Source: Pristiophorus japonicus
Lineage: Eukaryota
Direction: 5' to 3'
Length of the DNA stretch: 64,000 nt
Assembly: GCF_044704955.1 (NCBI RefSeq)
Contig: NC_091988.1
Span: 4,154,001-4,218,000 of the forward strand
The notes under the pieces were generated by a model, which worked only from the letters and a program-made list of their open reading frames with translations, searched no databases and was not told the origin of the DNA. Made by a program: the position numbers and the translations under genes. Below are positions 1 through 9,256 of this stretch, in pieces; positions within the stretch are counted from its first letter, which is position 1, and each line of letters starts with the position of its first letter.

Positions 1-233
1 CAGAGAGTGGTGAACCTGTGGAATTCTCTACCACAGACAGTTGTTGAGGCCAGTTCGTTAGATATCTTCAAAAGGGAGTTAGATGTGGCTCTTATGGCTA
101 AAGGGATCAAGGGGGATGGAGAGAAAGCAGGAAAGGGCTACTGAGGTGAATGATCAGCCATGATCTTATTGAATGGTAGTGCAGGCTCAAAGGGCCAAAT
201 GGCCTACTCCTGCACCTATTTTCTATGTTTCTA
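1..233 (+). mobile_element. CR1 LINE 3' end (ORF2 C-terminus, 3'UTR, TTTCTATG tail)
   Basis: Encodes QRVVNLWNSLP...IKG like other CR1 copies; ends GAATGG..GGCCTACTCC..TTTCTATGTTTCTA. Confidence 0.9.
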
Positions 234-435
234 CAGAAAGCAGGAAAATGAGTCCCCACCTCAGTGCAGAGAAGAAGGATCAAATGGCAGCGTACTGTGC
301 GAAACAAAAATCTATTTGTTTCTCTATCTCCAAACTATTTTGGTACTTTGAGTAGAAGAGGTTTAAGATTTGATAGCTTTTACTTTGTTAACTCATTGCA
401 TATCATAACTTGAAAACAAAAACTATTTGATGCTA

Positions 436-640
436 ATAAGAACAGAAAATGCTGGAAATACTCAGCAGGTCAGGCAGCATCTGTTGAGAGAGAAACAGAG
501 TTAATGTTTCAGGTCGATGACCCTTTGCCAGAACTGAAACATTAACTCTGTTTCTCTCTCCACAGATGCTGCCCGACCTGTTGAGTATTTCCAGCATTTT
601 CTGTTTTTATTTCAGATTTCCAGCAGTATTTTGCTTTTGT
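436..640. mobile_element. Penelope-like palindromic non-autonomous element with 14-bp TSD
   Basis: Inverted arms of about 72 bp (441-512 / 534-605). Direct repeat ACTATTTGATGCTA at 422-435 and 641-654. Degenerate hammerhead-like core on the minus strand. Confidence 0.7.
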
Positions 641-787
641 ACTATTTGATGCTAGTAGACTGCCAACTGATCCACATTAAAACCAGTAATGGTGAGGGAA
701 TATATTGCCGCAACAGATCTGTGTACAATAAAGCAATTATAAAGTGAGCAGCAGAATTTGTACATTTAACTGAAATGAATACGTATT

Positions 788-1538
788 GGCTCAGAAATCC
801 TGGTTTCGACTTCCCGCGGGCGTTTGAATAGATTTTAGAAAAAAGAAGCCCACCTACTGAAGCTGCTATGCCCACGCGAGCTCCCGGTCCGCAGGCCTCC
901 CCTGACTGCGCATCGCAGCGCGTGCACGTCGGGACATGCGCAGGCCTGGAGCTGCAGTCACATGGCTCTGGGCAGCCAACCTGGTAAAGTATATTCTCAT
1001 TCATAATAATGGGAACTTCGTAAGTTGGTGTTCCCATTGTTATGAATGAGAACCCCTCCCCACCCAAACACTAATAACCAATAATAAAAGATAGAAAAAA
1101 TGCACCACATATTTTTATTAATTTAAACCAAAGTTATTTATGTATTTAAAAAATATATATTTTTCCAATTTTTAAAAAAGTTTTTTAATTATGGTTTAAA
1201 ATAAACTTACCGTAGTGGGGAGTTTTTTTTTTTAACAATAATGTGTTTTAAAAATTCTATTTAACAATGTTTTGTGTGTTTTAAAACTCTTACACCTGTA
1301 ACAGTAGGCTATACGCCTGCTTTTCTCAGGCGCAAGAGCTTTGAGGACATTTGCTGGGCAAGATATGGATAAATCCCGCAATCTTGCCCTTGCAAATGTC
1401 CTCGCTCCTGATATGCACGAGATCTGTCAAGCCAGAAACTTGACAGATCAGAAAAGCCGGTTTTCAGCGCATACGAATTGTAGAAATACTCAGCACACAC
1501 TCCGTACAGACCCGGGGGGGAGCCGTGATTTCTGGACC
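788..1538. mobile_element. PIF/Harbinger-type MITE
   Basis: Imperfect TIRs GGCTCAGAAATC / GATTTCTGGACC; 3-bp TSD ATT; reverse-orientation homologue of 38664-39341. Confidence 0.75.
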
Positions 1539-2214
1539 ATTGAATGCATGATGTTATGCAGCTTGATCGTACTTAGACAATGGTGAATGAATAGAGAGCA
1601 TAATAGCCAAACCTGTTTGGTATGTTTTTTAATCTTTCTCACTTAATCATGCACTATAGTCTTATTGTATTGTGTAACGGGAACTGGCAACGAATGTCCA
1701 ATTCAAAGGATTCAGTCTTTGAATAAAAGCTCTCAAAGAATACTTAATCTTTAACAGATTATTTGTCTGACTTTTGGCTGGTGAACTGAAAATGCCACTG
1801 TCAGGAATTTCCTTCAGTATGATGCTGCTTCTTTCAAAGAAACATTCAAAATGAGTAATTGGCGTAAAGAAATAAACTGAGCATGAACAATTTAACCCAT
1901 AAAGTAATAATAAAAATAACTTTCATTTATATAGCGCCTTTAACGTAGTAAAACATCCCAAGGTGCTTCAAGTGTTACAGACAAACAGATATATTTGACA
2001 CAGAGCCACAGAACGTTCTTGCTATTGAGGGAGTGCAGCGGAGGTTCACCAGACTGATTCTCGGGATGGCTGGACTGACATATGAAGAGAGACTCGATCA
2101 ACTGGGCCTTTATACATAGAAACATAGAAACATAGAAAATAGGTGCAGGAGCAGGCCATTCAGCCCTTCTAGCCTGCACCGCCATTCAATGAGTTCATGG
2201 CTGCACGTGAAACT

Positions 2215-5200
2215 TCAGTACCCCCTTCCTGCTTTCACGCCATACCCCTTGATCCCCCGAGTAGTAAGGACTTCATCTAACTCCCTTTTGAATATATTTA
2301 GTGAATTGGCCTCAACTACTTTCTGTGGTAGAGAATTCCACAGGTTCACCACTCTCTGGGTGAAGAAGTTTCTCCATATCTCGGTCCTAAATGGCTTACC
2401 CCTTATCCTTAGACTGTGACCCCTGGTTCTGGACTTCCCCAACATTGGGAACATTCTTCCTGCATCCAACCTGTCCAAACCTGTCAGAATTTTAAACGTT
2501 TCGATGAGGTCCCCTCTCACTCTTCTGAACTCCAGTGAATACAAGCCCAGTTGATCCAGTCTTTCTTGATAGGTCAGTCCCACCATCCCGGGAATCAGTC
2601 TGGTGAATCTTCGCTGCACTCCCTCAATAGCAAGAATGTCCTTCCCCAAGTTAGGAGACCAAAACAGTACACAATACTCCAGGTGTGGCCTCACCAAGGC
2701 CCTGTACAACTGTAGCAACACCTCCCTGTCCCTCCCTGTACTCAAATCCCCTCGCTATGAAGGCCAACATGCCATTTGCTTTCTTAACCGCCTGCTGTAC
2801 CTGCATGCCAACCTTCAATGACTGATGTACCATGACACCCAGGTCTCGTTGCACCTTCCCTTTTCCTAATCTGTCACCATTCAGATAATAGTCTGTCTCT
2901 CTGTTTTTACCACCAAAGTGGATAATCTCACATTTATCCACATTATACTTCATCTGCCACACATTTGCCCACTCACCTAACCTATCCAAGTCGCTCTGCA
3001 GCCTCATAGCATCCTCCTCGCAGCTCACACTGCCACCCAACTTAGTGTCATCCGCAAATTTGGAGATACGACATTTAATCCCCTCGTCTAAATCATTAAT
3101 GTACAATGTAAACAGCTGGGGCCCCAGCACAGAACCCTGCGGTACCCCACTAGTCACTGCCTGCCATTCCGAAAAGTACCCATTTACTCCTACTCTTTGC
3201 TTCCTGTCTGACAACCAGTTCTCAATCCACGTCAGCACACTACCCCCAATCCCATGTGCTTTAACTTTGCACATTAATCTCCTGTGTGGGACCTTGTCGA
3301 AAGCCTTCTGAAAGTCCAAATATACCACATCAACTGGTACTCCTTTGTCCACTTTCTTGGAAACATCCTCAAAAAATTCCAGAAGATTTGTCAAGCATGA
3401 TCTCCCTTTCACAAATCCATGCTGACTTGGACCTATCATGTCACCATTTTCCAAATGCGCTGCTATGACATCCTTAATAATTGATTCCATCATTTTACCC
3501 ACTACTGAGGTCAGGCTGACCGGTCTATAATTCCCTGCTTTCTCTCTCCCTCCTTTTTTAAAAAGTGGGGTTACATTGGCTACCCTCCACTCGATAGGAA
3601 CTGATCCAGAGTCAATGGAATGTTGGAAAATGACTGTCAATGCATCCGCTATTTCCAAGGCCACCTCCTTAAGTACTCTGGGATGCAGTCCATCAGGCCC
3701 TGGGGATTTATCGGCCTTCAATCCCATCAATTTCCCCAACACAATTTCCCGACTAATAAAGATTTCCCTCAGTTCCTCCTCCTTACTAGACCCTCTGACC
3801 CCTTTTATATCCGGAAGGTTGTTTGTGTCTTCCTTAGTGAATACTGAACCAAAGTACTTGTTCAACTGGTCTGCCATTTCTTTGTTCCCCGTTATGACTT
3901 CCCCTGATTCTGACTGCAGGGGACCTACGTTTGTCTTTACGAACCTTTTTCTCTTTACATATCTATAGAAACTTTTGCAATCCGCCTTAATGTTCCCTGC
4001 AAGCTTCTTCTCGTACTCCATTTTCCCTGCCCTAATCAAAACCTTTGTCCTCCTCTGCTGAGTTCTAAATTTCTCCCAGTCCCCAGGTTCGCTGCTATTT
4101 CTGGCCAATTTGTATGCCACTTCCTTGGCTTTAATACTATCCCTGATTTCCCTTGATAGCCACGGTTGAGCCACCTTCCCTTTTTTATTTTTACGCCAGA
4201 CAGGAATGTACAATTGTTGTAATTCATCCATGCGATCTCTAAATGTCTGCCATTGCCCATCCACAGTCAACCCCTTAAGTATCATTAGCCAATCTATCTT
4301 AGCCAATTCATGCCTCATACCTTCAAAGTTACCCTTCTTTAAGTTCTGGACCATGGTCTCTGAATTAACTATTTCATTCTCCCTCCTAATGCAGAATTGC
4401 ACCATATTATGATCACTCTTCCCCAAGGGGCCTCGCACAATGAGATCGCTAATTAATCCTCTCTCATTACACAACACCCAGTCTAAGATGGCCTCCCCCC
4501 TAGTTGGTTCCTCGACATATTGGTCTAGAAAACCATCCCTTATGCACTCCAGGAAATCCTCCTCCACCGTATTGCTTCCAGTTTGGCTAGCCCAATCTAT
4601 GTGCATATTAAAGTCACCCATTATAACTGCTGCACCTTTGTTGCATGCACTCCTAATTTCCTGTTTGATGCCCTCCCCAACATCACTACTACTGTTTGGA
4701 GGTCTGTACACAACTCCCACTCACGATTTTTGCTCTTTAGTGTTCTGCAGCTCTACCCATATAGATTCCACATCATCCAAGCTAATGTCTTTCCTAACTA
4801 TTGCATTAATCTCCTCTTTAACCAGCAATGCTACCCCACCTCCTTTTCCTTTTATTCTATCCTTCCTGAATGTTGAATACCCCTGGATGTTGAGTTCCCA
4901 GCCCTGATCATCCTGGAGCCACGTCTCCGTAATCCCAATCACATCATATTTGTTTACATCTATTTGTACAGTTAATTCATCCACCTTATTGCGGATACTC
5001 CTTGCATTAAGACACAAAGCCTTCAGGCTTGTTTTATTAACACCCTTTGTCCTTTTAGAATTTTGCTGTACAGTGGCCCTTTTTGTTCTTTGCCTTGGGT
5101 TTCTCTGCCCTCCACTTTTCCTCATCTTCTTTCTGTCTTTTGCTTTTGCCTCATTTTTGTCTCCCTCTGTCTCCCTGCATAGGTTCCCATTCCCCTGCAA
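2215..5200 (-). pseudogene. CR1 ORF2 (AP endonuclease + reverse transcriptase), one nonsense codon and one frameshift
   Basis: Motifs [41 protein letters not shown]. In-frame TGA at 4721-4723; +4-nt insertion near 2730. Confidence 0.93.
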
Positions 5201-5202
5201 TA

Positions 5203-5601
5203 TTAGTTTAACTCCTCCCCAACAGCACTAGCAAACACTCCCCCTAGGACATTGGTTCTGGTCCTGCCCAGGTGCAGACCGTCCGGTTTGTACTGGTCCC
5301 ACCTCCCCCAGAACCGGTTCCAATGCCTCAAGAATTTGAATCCCTCCCTGCTGCACCACTGCTCAAGCCATGTATTCATCTGCGCTATCCTGTGATTCCT
5401 ACTCTGACTAGCACGTGGCACTGGTAGCAATCCCGAGATTACTACTTTTGAGGTCCTACTTTTTAATTTAGCTCCTAGCTCCTTAAATTCTTTTCGTAGG
5501 ACCTCATCCCTTTTTTTACCTATGTCGTTGGTACCAATGTGCACCACGACAACTGGCTGTTCTCTCTCCCATTTCAGAATGTCCTGCACCCGCTCCGAGG
5601 C
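5203..5601 (-). pseudogene. CR1 ORF1 SGNH/GDSL-esterase-like domain (5' truncated)
   Basis: VVVHIGTND and DGLHL blocks typical of the CR1 ORF1 esterase. Confidence 0.88.
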
Positions 5602-7644
5602 ATACACTGGAGTTTAGAAGGATGAGAGAGAATCTCATAGAAACATATAAGATTCTGACGGGACGGGACAGGCTAGATGCGGGTAGAATGTTCCCGATGT
5701 TGGGGAAGTCCAGAACCAGGGGACACAGTCTTAGGATAAGGGGTAGGCCATTTAGGACTGAGATGACGAGAAACTTCCTCACTCACAGAGTTGTTAACCC
5801 GTGGAATTCCCTGCTGCAGAGAGTTGTTGATGCCAGTTCATTGGATATATTCAAGAGAGAGTTAGATATGGCCCTTACGGCTAAAGGGATCAAGGGGTAC
5901 GGAGAGAAAGCAGGAAAGGGATACTGAGGGAATGATCAGCCATGATCTTATTGAATGGTGGTGCAGGCTCGAAGGGCCGAATGGCCTACTCCTGTACCTA
6001 TTTTCTATGTTTCTAGAAGAAATTAAGGCAGATGATCAAAAGGTTGTTTAAAGAGGTAGGTTTTAACGAGCGTCTTAAAGGAGGAAAGAGAGATAGAGAG
6101 GTAGAGATGTTTAGGAAGGGAGTTCCAGAGCTTAGGGCCCAGGCAGATGAAGGCACCTCCACCGAAGGTTGATCAGTTATAATGAGGGATGTTCAAGAGT
6201 AAGTTCTTTCCTCAGACTGTGTATAATCAGCTTATTCCTTGGCATCACCCAACCCATGTAACTCATGAGCATGTGTATTGCAACATTTCTCCCAGTACTT
6301 CTCCAAAAAGTCAATTGAGTGAAACTATGCAACTTTACCCCATGTTTCTGCCCGTAAAAATATCTGATACATACATACTGGCATCTTGAGGTTTCTCATT
6401 GTACTGGCAGGGAAAATGGGTGCATGCCTCACATTGGACAGCCAGGAATTGGAAGCTCCCTATCCTGGAGCCGTAGGTCAGATCAGGCAGAAAAACTGTA
6501 ATTTACACCTTTCTGTGTTCATACCCAAATTCAGAAAGCAATTTCTTCCCCTCACCCCCCTCTCCCATCTACCATGCTAGTACGAAACCGACAAAAGAAT
6601 ATCCACAATAGTACCAAATATGTGCAAATAATTGCACTCTAAACAATTTTTCGGTAAAGAACTGGTTTGCCCAAGTCTTAGATATTCAAAATTTGCAACA
6701 TTTCTACTTTTAATTTAATCTGAAATAGCTCAATTGGGATCACTTCGGTTTGGTTTGTTGGTAATCCATAGTTTCAAATATAGTGGTTGATGCCTGGGTC
6801 ATTATACTGACATGGTTCTTCACTTGTTTTTCAGAATTTTGATTTCATGAATTGGTTTAGCAACAAGTATTAATGTCATCTCAATGGGATGTTTATATCT
6901 TGTTTACATTGTACTTGGCTCAGACATTTTGAAAATGTTTTTTCATAGGTTATGTTGCTACATCCATATTATAACATTGCTGTCTGGAATTATTGGGCTC
7001 AAAATTGGCCAGGAGTTGCTCCGTTTTTTTTGAAGCAACTTGATTTTTCTGGTGTATCGTAAAAATCCACATTTTGCACATTCAATTTGCGCCAGTGTAA
7101 GTGAGTTAGTTAGGATTTTTTTAGTTTAGTTTTTTTTTTCAAAAGGGGGCGTTACTAGCCACCTATGCCCATTTTGGCCATTTAGACCACTTTGTCAGCT
7201 AATAATTACTCCAAACTAACTTAGGCCAGCGTGTGTGGCCACTTGTGGTCGCTTGTGAAAACCCTTGCGGAGAGTTAAGCAATCAGCGCAGGTAGGTACA
7301 TCGGAGACCAGCAGAACTTAATAACTTGATTAAAGAATGTGAATAGGATCAAACAGCTATACAGGACATCATATGACAAACTTCGCAAAGTTAATTTACT
7401 ACACAACAGAAGCATTCATGGAAGCTTAAACTACAAAAATAAAAGAAGTAAAGAGACAAAACATATTTACATAATTTTTTCAAAATATCGAAATAAAAAA
7501 TAGAAGCAAGTCCTACCCTACCTTCATCTTCAGCCCAGGAAGCAGCGGGCCGGCCCTAACCAAATCAAGATCCAGAATGGGGATTGCTTCTGAATGAATC
7601 CTTTCAGCGTCCAGATTCCAGTCCCAGGGATCTTCATTTCAGGA

Positions 7645-8075
7645 TCAGCCTCGGGCCTGGGCTGATGAGTTCGAGGGTGATTCTCCTTTTTCAGCAGGGT
7701 CTGCTGGGCTGTAACCACATTTCTTCCACATAATGCCATCGATGACCAGAGCAATCAGGGTGATGGCAGCAATCACAATTCCAACAATCAAACCGAGATT
7801 TGTTCCCTTTGCAGATCCTGGAGTCACTCGGAACGTCTCGTCCCAGTCTCGCTTCTTCACTCCTGTGTTGTCACTGTGCTCATACTGACAGGAATAGGTG
7901 GCTCCATCCTCGGACTCGATCTCAGCCCATCTCATCAGTTAGTAGGTTCCGTCGTGGTTGGGCAGGATACCACTGGATTCCGTGTCCGTGATCAGCTCGC
8001 GATTTCTCAGGAGGGTGACTTCGATATCATGAGGGCAAAAGCCTGTGATGAGGCAGGAGAGTTGGGTCAGTTTGG
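7645..8075 (-). pseudogene. Processed MHC class I heavy-chain fragment (alpha3 Ig-C1, connecting peptide, TM, cytoplasmic tail), shark UAA-like
   Basis: One frame reads KLTQLSCLITGFCPHDIEVTLLRNRELITDTESSGILPNHDGTY*LMRWAEIESEDGATYSCQYEH...WDETFRVTPGSAKGTNLGLIVGIVIAAITLIALVIDGIMWKKCGYSPADPAEKGESPSNSSAQARG*. It has class I alpha3 motifs (C..GF.P, LPNHDGTY, YSC), no introns and one premature stop. Confidence 0.9.
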
Positions 8076-8131
8076 CCACTCGGCTTGGGATAGGGGCGGG
8101 ACGTACAGAGATGCTGGGGGCGAGGAGCTAC

Positions 8132-8211
8132 TGCGCATGCGCACACACTCCAACGCGCATGTGCAGACGTCGCGGCACTGTTTTCAGCATGGGACACTGG
8201 CTCCGCCCCCG
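8132..8211. promoter_or_regulatory. NRF1-consensus palindrome plus GC box in the transposon arm
   Basis: TGCGCATGCGCA at 8132-8143, CGCGCATGTGCA at 8154-8165, CTCCGCCCCC near 8201-8210. Motif match only. Confidence 0.4.
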
Positions 8212-8335
8212 ACTTGACTGGCCATGCTGCACGAAGACCCAGGAGAGGCCGGACAGTGGCCAAAGTCAGGATGTCTTTTTTTGGCGCGCTTGAAAACGTA
8301 GACAAGCTGCGCAACTCGGGTGAGCGCCAAAAATT

Positions 8336-8394
8336 GGCACGGGCTCGATGGGCCGAATGGCATCCTGTGCTTTAATCATTCAATGATTTTATGA
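8336..8394 (+). mobile_element. Short CR1 3'-tail fragment
   Basis: GGCACGGGCTCGATGGGCCGAATGGC...ATGA matches the CR1 end at 55478-55530. Confidence 0.7.
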
Positions 8395-9256
8395 ACCTAA
8401 ATTTGTTCATTTACATTTTTGGTCTTCATTTATAAGCTTGGTACAAGATAATGGGGTTGAAAAAGATTTTCCCTCACTCCTAGTGCCCAATATTTTGATC
8501 TAGCTTACAAAGAAGCAATGAAATAGAAATATTTATATTCTTGATGATTGACATGAAATTGCTGAAACAGTTTGATAATTTCCAACAATCCGTTTAGAAT
8601 ATAATTATGTCATTATTATAACAGCTTGGCACTTTTCTGATAGAAATATGAAAATGGAAAGATATAAACAACAGAATAAGAAAATATTTTAATCAAGGGG
8701 CACTACAGTAATTTACTTGGAAGCCTCATTCAGGTTATGTTGCCAAAGGGTGGGTAAAATGTAATATTTTACAGTGGCCTAGATTCTAAATTTTGAGGGT
8801 CTATAATGCTATGTCATATTGAATCAATCACAATTCATGTATACTGATGTTTGCTTAAGGGAATCAAATATGACAGATTAAATGATTGTCAGTACGTTTT
8901 TACAATATTATTTCAAATCATTTTGAAGAAATTGTTTTCATATATTTATTGTTTTGAAACTCTTCAGAAGCAGTATTGTAAAAATGGCAGTGGTCTTTTA
9001 GAATTGCTGCCATCTCTGATTCTCAACAGATTTGATTTTGTTGCTCACTAATTTTGGCTTTCAGCCATGACACTCCTGACATTAGGGTACTTTTGAATAG
9101 GCGAGATGAGTATGGTGTTCAGATGTGATCATGTGGTAAGGACCATTAGTAGGTTGGGAGTGGAAGAGGAGTCTTTAACAAGGGAGAGGAACAGAAAAAA
9201 GGAACGAGAGAACGTGTAATGGATGATGTCCAGATGAGTGGTGAGTATTCCATCAC

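Larger units (their letters stand above)
2116..5601 (-). mobile_element. Young CR1 LINE: partial ORF1 plus nearly intact ORF2
   Basis: (TTTCTATG)n tail at 2116-2138; SGNH ORF1 C-terminus; APE and RT ORF2. Confidence 0.95.
2011..6015 (+). mobile_element. 5'-truncated CR1 (pieces 2011-2115 and 5602-6015) interrupted by a minus-strand CR1
   Basis: ILAIEGVQRRFTRL...LGLY resumes after the insertion as TLEFRRMR...; ATAC repeated at the junctions; octamer tail. Confidence 0.85.
1918..6200 (-). mobile_element. L2 LINE 3' remnant split by CR1 insertions (pieces about 1918-2010 and 6017-6200)
   Basis: ATTTATATAGCGCCTTT L2 tail; the pieces are the reverse complement of the L2 3' region at 34300-34520. 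Confidence 0.65.
6995..8335. mobile_element. Harbinger-type non-autonomous element carrying an MHC class I fragment; right TIR lost
   Basis: Left end GGGCTCAAAATTGGCC. 6995-7290 is the reverse-complement homologue of the right arm of MITE 33433-34182. 8200-8335 loosely resembles that MITE's other arm (GGCTCCGCCCCC...TTTTTGGCG...CGCCAAAAA). Confidence 0.7.

Noticed and set aside
6335-6672. Possible very old MITE remnant
   Set aside because: No pair of TIRs or TSD could be established.
7645-8130. Functional MHC class I gene or MHC locus
   Set aside because: No leader, alpha1 or alpha2 exons in the window, a premature stop and no introns. The upstream LAPSISV stretch (8076-8125) may be MITE sequence, so it was excluded from the call.
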